DNA of 64,000 bases from Bacteriovoracia bacterium. Its GTDB lineage: Bacteria > Bdellovibrionota > Bacteriovoracia > Bacteriovoracales > Bacteriovoracaceae. The position numbers and the translations under genes are program-made. How positions within the stretch are numbered: position 1 is the stretch's first letter; every line of letters starts with the position of its first letter. The notes beneath the pieces are model-generated. The model searched no databases. It had not been told where the DNA came from and was given only the letters and a program-made list of their open reading frames with translations. This document shows, one piece after another, positions 37,297-47,380 of the stretch. The stretch spans positions 1 to 64,000 of the forward strand of contig JBKHVI010000004.1 in NCBI GenBank assembly GCA_046570105.1, given 5' to 3'.

Positions 37297-37965
37297 CTAT
37301 TGATTCTTTTGCAGAATGATACTGGCACGAAATTCTTTTTCATGAAGGGGCTCTTCATACTTCAAAACCCTCATACCAGGGAACATCTTAAGGAGCTCTT
37401 GCTCTTTAAGAAAATTATCAGCTGGATCATGGCGATGTGTCGGATGAATACGTTGGCGAACTGTGTGCGCTTCATAGATGAGTATTCCGCCTGGTTTAAG
37501 CCAAGTGCGAATTTCATCCAATAAATCACGATTTAAGAAATAGAAGCAAATGATCGCGTCAAATCCTTCTGGTGGAGCTTTGTAATCTTTCATTGAAGCT
37601 GTCACGGCTTTGATTTTTACACCGTATTCTTTGGCGAGCATCAAAGATTTTTTTACGGCAATTGAACTTATATCAACGCCAGTAACCTTGAAACCTTTCT
37701 GCGCGAGAAAGACAGCATTGCGTCCCTCGCCCATTCCCATATCTAGGACAGTTCCTTCAAAAGGAAGGTATTGGTAGTTTTCAGCTAAAAAATCAGCAGG
37801 ACGTTTACCAAAAACGAAACTTGGACGATTGTATTTGGCATCCCAAGCCGATTTCGACTCGGAATTCATTTTAATACCCGTCAGATGCTCAAAGCGGCTT
37901 GCTGGTAAAGGTTGGCGCGCAAAGCTTGAAAAGCTAATTAAACAAAATAGGAAAAATCTAACCAT
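37297..37965 (-). CDS. Class I SAM-dependent methyltransferase (TehB-like) with N-terminal signal-peptide-like segment
   Basis: VLDMGMGEGRNA, VTGVDIS, LKPGG; AAGGA SD before ATG 37965. Confidence 0.85.
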   Translation of the reverse strand: MVRFFLFCLISFSSFARQPLPASRFEHLTGIKMNSESKSAWDAKYNRPSFVFGKRPADFLAENYQYLPFEGTVLDMGMGEGRNAVFLAQKGFKVTGVDISSIAVKKSLMLAKEYGVKIKAVTASMKDYKAPPEGFDAIICFYFLNRDLLDEIRTWLKPGGILIYEAHTVRQRIHPTHRHDPADNFLKEQELLKMFPGMRVLKYEEPLHEKEFRASIILQKNQ

Positions 37966-38482
37966 GGTCTTCCTTGTCTGTTTCATCTTCAGGAAAAGAA
38001 ATGGTGTCCCCTTCTGATGAAAACAAACCACCACCCTCTGCTTCTCTTAGATCGAATGCACTGCCTTCTGCGAGCTGAGAGTGGACACCGTCCGTTTCCT
38101 CATCTAAAGAAAGTTCCGCATCTAAGTAAAGAGCGAGAGTCGAATGAAGTTTATCTAGTCTTTTTGTTAAGCGAAAAATAGTTTCCTCAACAGTGCTTGG
38201 CATGTCTTCTGTCTGAAAGAGATACCACTTCATTTCATCGACCAAACTATAAAACTGATCAAGGGCAGCGATGGTTTCACTTGAACAGTGAGCTAAATCT
38301 TTAATGGTCGCTCGTTCATAGCGAGATGAAAAAACCCAAGGGAAATGATCGCGGGTTCTGCGCATAGCAAAGACTTCAACAAATTCTTTGCGACGAGACT
38401 TAACTCTCTGAAGTAGATTTTGCGCATCTAACTTAAAAAGTAATAAATAGCGTTGGGTGATTTCATCTTTATTGGATTTCAT
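37958..38482 (-). CDS. Hypothetical helical protein with acidic tail
   Basis: AGGAG SD; operon-like spacing. Confidence 0.7.
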   Translation of the reverse strand: MKSNKDEITQRYLLLFKLDAQNLLQRVKSRRKEFVEVFAMRRTRDHFPWVFSSRYERATIKDLAHCSSETIAALDQFYSLVDEMKWYLFQTEDMPSTVEETIFRLTKRLDKLHSTLALYLDAELSLDEETDGVHSQLAEGSAFDLREAEGGGLFSSEGDTISFPEDETDKEDHG

Positions 38483-38494
38483 ACCCCTCTCCTA

Positions 38495-38968
38495 TCAAGA
38501 CGCTAAACCGGGAACCTTAGCACGACGGCCACCTGGCCAGACGCGGGCGCGATTAAGACGCAATTCATGGAACCTCTTTAGTTTAACACAGAGAGTTTCC
38601 AGATTGAGAGGGTAATTCAAGAAGAAGTAGTTCTTTTGGCGATAAATCTTGCTGCCAAGATCTAATTTTTTAAAGCTGGAGAAATGAAAAAAGCTTAAGC
38701 GTTCTTGTCTAAGAAGCATACCCAAGATAGGGGCGATACTTTTTTTGAATGCATTGAATTGCAAAGCATGTCGACTTGAACAGATGACAGTCACATGTCC
38801 TGTCGCTGTCAGTGCGGCCAGACGTGAGACTTGATCAATTTTTACTGGAAGTAGCTTAATACCGTGTTTTGCGAGCTCCGCCGAAGTGGCGTAAAACATT
38901 TCATCAAGACGCTCTTCGAGTAGCACCCAAAAGAAGAAAGTCTCATTATTTTTTTCAGTCGTTTCCAC
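38495..38968 (-). CDS. Hypothetical protein (possibly a degenerate receiver-like alpha/beta fold)
   Basis: ORF fills the gap; ends WPGGRRAKVP. Confidence 0.65.
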   Translation of the reverse strand: METTEKNNETFFFWVLLEERLDEMFYATSAELAKHGIKLLPVKIDQVSRLAALTATGHVTVICSSRHALQFNAFKKSIAPILGMLLRQERLSFFHFSSFKKLDLGSKIYRQKNYFFLNYPLNLETLCVKLKRFHELRLNRARVWPGGRRAKVPGLAS

Positions 38969-38975
38969 GACTACT

Positions 38976-39003
38976 GTATCGGTTTAAATCAAACGACTCT
39001 TGA
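38976..39003 (-). promoter_or_regulatory. FliA (sigma28)-type promoter
   Basis: TCAAG-N15-ACCGATAC on the minus strand. Confidence 0.55.
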
Positions 39004-39757
39004 AGCGAGATCCAAAGACTGTCAGCGCCAACAAAAGGCCAAGACTGAGTGAAAGCATCGGACTTCCGCCGCTCCCTCCACCGCCGCCTGACATATCTAC
39101 AGTTCCGCAGCTTAAAGCTGATCCTGAGGTTTCTTCTGATTTAGCAGCCAAGGGAGAAACATAGCCGATTGCCTGACGTCTCTTCGTTTCAGCGACAGTC
39201 ACTGACATACCTTGCTCATCATCCCAATGGAGACCCTGATAGTTGACTTGAAGGCTTGGTGCCATGACGGCATCTCCCACTTCAGAGTGATCAAGTCCTA
39301 AAGTGTGACCTAATTCGTGAACCAAGACAGTTTTTAACTGAGTAGGAAATGAGTTGATGGGATGACTGCCATTAATAATAATTTCTGCACGAGCGACATA
39401 AGGGCCACTGGTGTAGCGAATCGCCACCGCTAAAGTGGTACTTTCAGAAAGTCCAGTTTCAGCAGCAAACTTTGTCGACCAGCGTATGATATTTCTATTT
39501 GAACTTGGGCTACCTTGCTGCGAAGAAACATTCCACAGCTGATCAATCAAGGCATCTTCCCATTCTGTAACAGCTTCTTCTGCCAATTGCTTGATCAGTT
39601 GAAGTCGAGTCGGATCAGTGTCCATCACCATGAATTGTACTGGCAATGAAGCCCAGTAAAATCCATTGCTGAAGTCTTCAGTCAGGCGATAAGCCTTAGC
39701 CTGACTCCAGGTGAGTACCATGAACATGAAAACAATAAACTTCTTCATGCGGGACAT
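38984..39757 (-). CDS. Secreted matrixin-like (M10/metzincin) metalloprotease with C-terminal Gly-rich linker and TM anchor
   Basis: HELGHTLGLDH, Met-turn AVMAP; signal peptide; C-terminal SCG..GGGGGSGG-TM-basic tail. Confidence 0.88.
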   Translation of the reverse strand: MSRMKKFIVFMFMVLTWSQAKAYRLTEDFSNGFYWASLPVQFMVMDTDPTRLQLIKQLAEEAVTEWEDALIDQLWNVSSQQGSPSSNRNIIRWSTKFAAETGLSESTTLAVAIRYTSGPYVARAEIIINGSHPINSFPTQLKTVLVHELGHTLGLDHSEVGDAVMAPSLQVNYQGLHWDDEQGMSVTVAETKRRQAIGYVSPLAAKSEETSGSALSCGTVDMSGGGGGSGGSPMLSLSLGLLLALTVFGSRFKSRLI

Positions 39758-39774
39758 CCTTTCCCATTAAACGA

Positions 39775-40101
39775 CTAGTTTGCAGCTTCTAACCAACAAA
39801 GCTTTCCTTTATTGAGTTGCACTACATACTGTCGTCCCACCTCAACATTGAGCGGACCGAATTTGAGGAATTCTACTTCCACATCTTCATTCACATTCAA
39901 TGAACCCTTGAGGGACTCTTCTATGGCAAACACGACCTTCTGTTTGCTCAAAGCATGCTGTGACCCTTCTCCTTCCGTGACCACACTTGCCACCGCTCTA
40001 AACTGTGTGGGGCAATCGATCTTAGGAGCGACAGATAATCCCCATACAGGGCCTGTCCAAAGTAAGCATGTAATGAACCAAGCATAAGGTTTTTCGGCCA
40101 T
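39775..40101 (-). CDS. Small secreted hypothetical protein (OB/TIMP-like beta pattern)
   Basis: AGGAG SD 7 nt before ATG 40101; signal-like N-terminus; VVF.IEESLKG, VG.QYVV pattern. Confidence 0.65.
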   Translation of the reverse strand: MAEKPYAWFITCLLWTGPVWGLSVAPKIDCPTQFRAVASVVTEGEGSQHALSKQKVVFAIEESLKGSLNVNEDVEVEFLKFGPLNVEVGRQYVVQLNKGKLCWLEAAN

Positions 40102-40155
40102 CCGTGGTCTCCTGGTCAGGTCGGCCATCCTGGCCAGCCTTCTTGATTACATGTT

Positions 40156-40171
40156 TGCACGTCCCGGGCCA
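40156..40171 (-). promoter_or_regulatory. Probable sigma54 -24/-12 promoter
   Basis: TGGCCCG-ggac-GTGCA with correct GG-N10-GC spacing, upstream of the 39775-40101 and metalloprotease genes. Confidence 0.5.
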
Positions 40172-40285
40172 AGCGCAAGCGCTCGAGGGGTTTACGAATT
40201 ATCGACTAATTGGATGATGAAAAAGGGCAAAATGCGCCCCTATGCTATGGGGTCAGAGTGCCCCCTGGGGAAGAAATGTCCCCTC

Positions 40286-41698
40286 TTAATGTTGCAAATG
40301 TTTTTTGATGAGTTGAGGATCAGTCCACTGTAAATGCACCATGGCCATAATGCTCGCCTCAAAGGCCAATCGTTCGTCCTGGTGGACTAATGATATTTTA
40401 AGCAACTCTTCCCAACGACCACCCAGCATCGAATCTTTAAGTTGATTCAGAAGAGTTAATTTTTGATTGTCGCTCGACTTGAGCATCATCTGTGCTACCT
40501 CTTGATTTAACCGTTCAGACCAATCGTTTTCAAAAACAGTTAGCTTAGTCATGACATCTTTTTTAATTTGTTCTTTGAGTGAAATTCCCTCGTAACTGTA
40601 ATCATATGAATGAAGATTATACATCACCTCATAGCGACGCTTAAGTGGCCAAGGTGTCTGACGATCAAAAATTAATTCAATTTCGATCTCCATTCTTTTT
40701 TGAAAAGATGCCCAATGTTTAGGAAATTCCTGGGGCGTGAAATTTTGAATTGTTTCTAGCGCCCAACCAACCTGAGTATCTTGTCCAAATCCTAGAATCG
40801 CTGCCGCCTTATTAGCTAGTTTTCTGCCTTGAGGAATGAGCATGAGCGCAACCAAAACTCCCGCCAATATAAAAGTACGCAAAAGATCTAAGCCAAATTG
40901 AGTTAAATGATGTTGCCATGAACTTGTCATCTGAATGACGGGAGCAACTACCGTTTCAACTGCTTCTTCTTTTTCTGGAACCGGAGCTGCAGGTGGAATT
41001 TCATGTATGGTTGTAAGTCGATCGAGCTGACGAAGTTCGATCAGCTTATCGAGGTTTTTTAATTCATCGAGCTGATCTAATTTATCCAGCTGACCTAACT
41101 TTTCTAAAAGAGGAAGATTGTTAAGAGCATCAAGGTGCTTCAATAGATTGAACTTTTCAGAATTCGCTTCTAGTAATTCCTTTAACCCACTCAGTTCTTC
41201 CAATTTTGTCAGCGCAGTCAATTCTTGCAATCGATCGAGGTTTTCAAGATATTTAAGATGATCAAGTCGCTCTAATCCACCTAGGTCACGCAAAGATCCA
41301 AGAGCATCAAGGCGATGAAGAGCGTGCAATTTATCTAGCGATTCTAAGCGGTCTAAGTTTTTGAGTTCTTTGAGTGAGTCAAGCTTTTGAAGTTGATCAA
41401 GTTGTTTAAGCTCATTCAGCGATTCGAGCTGGCGAAGTTCATTGAGTTTTTTAAGTTCTTCTAATTGCTGTAGATGGTTTAGGCTATCGAGTTTTTTAAG
41501 TTCTTCTAATTTCTCAAGCAACTGGAGCTTATCGAGGCCTTCGATTTTATCTAATTTAGTAAGATGGCTAAGAAGATGTAGGTTAACCAGATGATCTAGC
41601 GATGATAAACGAGACAACTCACGTAAACGTTCAAGTCCACCCAGTGAACTAATCAGTTCATCGATTTTATGTTCGAGGTTAGTCACAGCACTTGTCAT
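40286..41698 (-). CDS. Membrane protein with long (Lxx)n triplet-leucine repeat
   Basis: Leu (one Ile) at every third residue over aa 19-175 and mostly over aa 183-231; then a Pro linker, TM helix and helical C-domain. Confidence 0.8.
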   Translation of the reverse strand: MTSAVTNLEHKIDELISSLGGLERLRELSRLSSLDHLVNLHLLSHLTKLDKIEGLDKLQLLEKLEELKKLDSLNHLQQLEELKKLNELRQLESLNELKQLDQLQKLDSLKELKNLDRLESLDKLHALHRLDALGSLRDLGGLERLDHLKYLENLDRLQELTALTKLEELSGLKELLEANSEKFNLLKHLDALNNLPLLEKLGQLDKLDQLDELKNLDKLIELRQLDRLTTIHEIPPAAPVPEKEEAVETVVAPVIQMTSSWQHHLTQFGLDLLRTFILAGVLVALMLIPQGRKLANKAAAILGFGQDTQVGWALETIQNFTPQEFPKHWASFQKRMEIEIELIFDRQTPWPLKRRYEVMYNLHSYDYSYEGISLKEQIKKDVMTKLTVFENDWSERLNQEVAQMMLKSSDNQKLTLLNQLKDSMLGGRWEELLKISLVHQDERLAFEASIMAMVHLQWTDPQLIKKHLQH

Positions 41699-41725
41699 GT
41701 GTTGTGCCTATCGGAGTTATTAAAC

Positions 41726-41758
41726 AAAAAAAAAGAGAGGGAAACCCTCTCCTTTTTT
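41726..41758. terminator. Intrinsic terminator (bidirectional form)
   Basis: A-tract, gagaggg-aaa-ccctctc, T-tract. Confidence 0.85.
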
Positions 41759-41779
41759 CTTGAGTATGCTTGTTAGGTT

Positions 41780-42892
41780 TTATTGCCCACTGGCTTTACG
41801 TTGATACTGATAATGGCTGCGACGAGCTTCTTCTTTGAAAGAAGTAATATCGCTGTCGTTTACATGTGAAGCAATAAACTGCTCCATACAGCCTGCCAAT
41901 TTGTTATAGCTCATACACATATTGTAGAGGGCACCTTTGGTATCTGTGGCACTGACAGCTTTATAATCTCCACCGAGGATTTCCATTCTAGAGAGGGCCT
42001 GATCAGAAAGCATGGGAATATCGATACCAATTTTTTTACCGACAAGATGGGCCATATCGAAACAATCTGCATTTTGACGTTCACCCGATACAATCTGTTC
42101 TTTGATTAGATAGCGTAGAGCATTGTCTGTTGATGTAAGCGAATTAAGTTCTGTTCTGTCTCCCACCTCTGAAGCAAGATCGAAAGTTTTATTATAGTCT
42201 CCGCTATTTGTTTTAGCGGCATCACAAGAAGCAGCATCGGCTTCGAGCTTTCTCGTTACTTCCTTAAGAGCTTGCACAGCTTTTTCAGGCTTATGTTTCC
42301 AGTGATACCAGGCCAAACCTCCCAGCACAGCAGCCACGACTGCTGCAATGATAACGAGGATGGTGCCGGAGATTGGTTCAGCGTATGCATCCGAAACAAA
42401 AATCTGTCCATAAATCATCTGAAGCATGGTGGTCTTTTTGCTTCCTAGGGCCTCAGTAATCCTGTCTTTAATTTGCGCCACACTGGCATCTTTAAAACTG
42501 ATGACTTTGCCTTCCACCATTATTTGTTGTTTATAAATATCCGCGAGAGTAAAGCTGACTTTTCGTCCATCAAAACTCGCCACCCAATAGCCTTTCGACT
42601 TCTCAGTAAAAAGTGGAATCCTATTTCCTTTAGCAGAAGCAATTATGGCTTCAACTTGCTGCTTATCTTCTTTAGTGAGGTGGCTCGCAGAGCGCATATA
42701 CTCTTTAGCCCCCACTTTCATGAGGGAGTCCACTTGTGCTTCCACGGTAGCTAAAAAGCCTTTTGCTTCTTCGTGGCTCATAAGATCAACCAAGCGCTTA
42801 GCTGGGCTGTAGGGTTGATGCTCACCTAGTTCAGCTGCCACGGGTGCAGTGACAAATTGAAAAGTTAAAAGCATGGCAAATAATGTACGCAT
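41780..42892 (-). CDS. Secreted/membrane hypothetical protein with internal AxA site plus TM helix
   Basis: Signal peptide; internal IFVSDAYA-EP..TM; four Cys in the C-terminal domain; GGGAG SD. Confidence 0.75.
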   Translation of the reverse strand: MRTLFAMLLTFQFVTAPVAAELGEHQPYSPAKRLVDLMSHEEAKGFLATVEAQVDSLMKVGAKEYMRSASHLTKEDKQQVEAIIASAKGNRIPLFTEKSKGYWVASFDGRKVSFTLADIYKQQIMVEGKVISFKDASVAQIKDRITEALGSKKTTMLQMIYGQIFVSDAYAEPISGTILVIIAAVVAAVLGGLAWYHWKHKPEKAVQALKEVTRKLEADAASCDAAKTNSGDYNKTFDLASEVGDRTELNSLTSTDNALRYLIKEQIVSGERQNADCFDMAHLVGKKIGIDIPMLSDQALSRMEILGGDYKAVSATDTKGALYNMCMSYNKLAGCMEQFIASHVNDSDITSFKEEARRSHYQYQRKASGQ

Positions 42893-42919
42893 AATTCTCC
42901 CCAGAAATTTCTCATCTTA

Positions 42920-42947
42920 TTATCGGCTAACTCTGGGGAAAACTTGA
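42920..42947 (-). promoter_or_regulatory. FliA (sigma28)-type promoter
   Basis: TCAAG-N15-GCCGATAA, with a consensus -10. Confidence 0.75.
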
Positions 42948-42981
42948 CTAACCAAGACGGGGGAAGTCGTAAGGTACTGAA

Positions 42982-43010
42982 ATAAAAAGGGCACCCCGAG
43001 AGGTGCCCTT
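42982..43010 (-). terminator. groEL intrinsic terminator
   Basis: aagggcacc/ggtgccctt stem followed by a T-tract on the minus strand. Confidence 0.85.
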
Positions 43011-43040
43011 CCTAATAATAGCCTTATAAGAGAGGCAGAA

Positions 43041-44720
<1,680 letters not shown>

Positions 44721-44725
44721 TTAAA

Positions 44726-45013
44726 TTATTGTAGAACGCCCAAGATCTCATCTTCTTTCATGATGAGGTAGTTCTCGCCGCCAACTTTAACTTCTGTGCC
44801 TGAGTATTTTCCGAAAAGCACTTTGTCGCCTTTCTTCACATCTAGAGCTTTAACTGATCCGTCAGTCAGGCGGTAGCCAGTACCGACTGCGATCACTTCA
44901 CCTTGAGCTGGTTTTTCTTTGTGATTGTCCGGGATGATGATGCCACCAACAGTTTTTGTTTCTTCTTCTACGCGCTTGATGAGAACGCGATCTTGTAACG
45001 GCTTCACAGTCAT
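44726..45013 (-). CDS. groS: Co-chaperonin GroES
   Basis: [36 protein letters not shown] places the start at 45013. Confidence 0.98.
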   Translation of the reverse strand: MTVKPLQDRVLIKRVEEETKTVGGIIIPDNHKEKPAQGEVIAVGTGYRLTDGSVKALDVKKGDKVLFGKYSGTEVKVGGENYLIMKEDEILGVLQ

Positions 45014-45085
45014 GGATATTCCTCCGGTTAAAATGCGCAATGCATTAAGTAAATTGAATTATGTAGTGTGCTTAATCGCAGACAC

Positions 45086-45113
45086 AATCTAATACCGGTC
45101 TCGCTGGTGTCAA
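45086..45113 (-). promoter_or_regulatory. Candidate sigma70-family promoter of groESL
   Basis: TTGACA-N16-TAGATT. Confidence 0.45.
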
Positions 45114-45190
45114 GGTTAGCCTCGAGAAGAAAATTTTTAGGTCGGTATAACCATTGAAAAACACGAGTAATGCGTTATGATAGGACCATC

Positions 45191-46719
45191 GTGAAAATGC
45201 CCTCTCTCAGCTCCGAACAAAAGTTTCTCCTCTCTACTGTGGTCATCGGTTTCACTGCGGGTCTAGTTGCCGTAGCTCTTGAGCGTCTAGTCCACCTCCT
45301 ATCCCACCTTGCAGGCACTCAACAAACCTTCGGCCTCAAGGCATTTCTCATGGGGAGTGCCTTTATTTTAATGGCCGCTTTTTTAGCAAAAAAACTCCGG
45401 CCCTGATTGGCTCAGGTATCCCGCGCACCAAACTTCTTTTAGCAATTCATCATGGAATTATTCATTCCAAAGAATGGGTACAAAAGTTTTTTGCTACTGC
45501 TCTTACCCTGGGCGCAGGAATTCCGCTGGGACTTGAAGCACCTACTATTGCGGTTTCAGCGGGAATCGGATCAAGCCTTGGTCGAACTTTTTTCCGCGAT
45601 GCCCGTAAAATAAGAGATCTCGTACATATCGGTTGTTCGGCTGGTATCGCGGCAGCTTTCAATGCTCCCATCGCAGCCGTCATTTTCACACTAGAAGAAA
45701 TGATTGGTAATATGAATGCTCGTGCCTTGGGGCCCATTCTTATTGGCTCTCTCGTCGCTTCTGTCACCGCTGCTACATTTAAAGGTGAGAATTCTATCTT
45801 TATTGTGACCACCTATAAACTCGGTCATCCCTCGGAATTGATTTTCTATTTAGGCTTGGGGTTAGCTTCTGGATTAGCTGGACCACTCTTTGTTAGAAAT
45901 ATTGTGGGTGTCAAAAAACTCTCCAAGAAGATCTTTCGTCATCACTTTTTTACTCCCATGCTGATTGGTCTTTTATTAACGGGGCTCTTTTCTCTTTATC
46001 ACCCTCTGGTAACTGGGCCGGGCGTACGTATCATTAACTCTCTTTTAGCTGGAGAAGTTTTCGATCTGAAAATTCTAGGCGGTATCATCGTTTTAAAATT
46101 CTTAGCGAGTGCATTCTGTTACGGAACTGGAATGAGTGGCGGAATTCTACTGCCTACTATGGTGATCGGAGCCGCTTTTGGAACTCTCTGGGGTGCTTTG
46201 AGTGCTCAAGTTCTGGGGTATAACGATATTCAACTAGGCGCCTATGCCTTGGTGGGTATCGGGGCCTTCTTAGCTGCAGTGATTAAAGCTCCATTCACTT
46301 CCATTGTTCTTGTATTTGAAATGACCCGTGATTATCGAATTGTTCTGCCACTGATGATTGCTAACTTGGTCGCTTGGCTGTTAGCGGAAAAACAATTCAA
46401 GGGTTCAATCTATGAATACATGGCGAATCTGGATGGACTGGAACTTCCGGCCGGAGAAGAAGATGAACTTAATCACACAGAAGTAGGTTCGTTTTATAAA
46501 CCATCGCCAGAAATGCTGACAAAGACTTTGCCGTTTGGGGCCATGATTTATCCCGATCAATCAGTCTCATTAGCGCTGGTAAAATTGAAGAGAGAAAAAT
46601 TTGAAGGCGAATTGGTCGTAGTTAATCGTCTCAATCCTCTCGAAAAACTCGGTACACTTCGCTTGCAAGATATTCTCAATCATCTCCAAAGCCAGGGTCA
46701 AAACGTCACCAGCAACTAA
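45191..46719 (+). pseudogene. ClC chloride channel/antiporter split by a -1 frameshift at A7 (45388-45394)
   Basis: Frame 1 ends ..AKKLRP*; the -1 frame continues TPALIGSGIP..GLEAP..AAAFNAP..LEE into ORF 45700-46719 (GG.LLP, SIY). Start approximate. Confidence 0.75.
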
Positions 46720-46857
46720 AATACTCCGGCAATAAATTCCTGCGCATCCTCACGATTCCATCTGTTTACACTCCTCAAGTCCACCCCTCGCATTCCGAAA
46801 AGGTAAGTACGATACAATGGACCTAGAGCGTAGGGCCTTCCCAAGGAAAGGGGATGC

Positions 46858-47361
46858 ATGATCTCGATAGTTAAAAAAATGTTTCCGATCTGTCCCATGC
46901 TGATGATGCTCATCTCATGCGGAAAGAAAGTGGAAGACGGCTCAAGCACTGAGCGCCGAAGACTAGATTTGAATCTCCCTGAGACTCTATCTATGGATTC
47001 GGAAGCGACAGGTGGTTTTAGCCGAACCGATGGAACTTATACTGTTCCACGTGATGGCGATATCGAACTTCCTGTCACAATCAGCTCTTCTGGTGCCACT
47101 GGCGGATTTGAAGTCAAACTCGAATTGAATTTGTTTGATGGAGAAGTAGAGTTCGATTGCGTCTGGAAAGGCCAAGGCAACTCTTATCGCTTCGTCTCAT
47201 GCCAAGATCCTGATGGCCGCGACTTAGGTCTTACTGCAGACAATATCAGCGCATTCACCTTCCCTATTGATCAAGGCAAAACTCTTCGTCTCCGTCTCGA
47301 AGCTGCTCCTGTTAATACAACGGTCAAAGCTACTGCTTTGATGCCGGTTACTTGGAAGTAA
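46858..47361 (+). CDS. Hypothetical lipoprotein
   Basis: Lipobox LIS-C-GKK; beta-rich; start may be 46879. Confidence 0.7.
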   Translation: MISIVKKMFPICPMLMMLISCGKKVEDGSSTERRRLDLNLPETLSMDSEATGGFSRTDGTYTVPRDGDIELPVTISSSGATGGFEVKLELNLFDGEVEFDCVWKGQGNSYRFVSCQDPDGRDLGLTADNISAFTFPIDQGKTLRLRLEAAPVNTTVKATALMPVTWK

Positions 47362-47380
47362 TTCTCTAAAAAAATTTATC

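Noticed and set aside
45014..45170. CIRCE element upstream of groES
   Set aside because: Only a partial half-site (TAAGCACAC); no TTAGCACTC-N9-GAGTGCTAA inverted repeat
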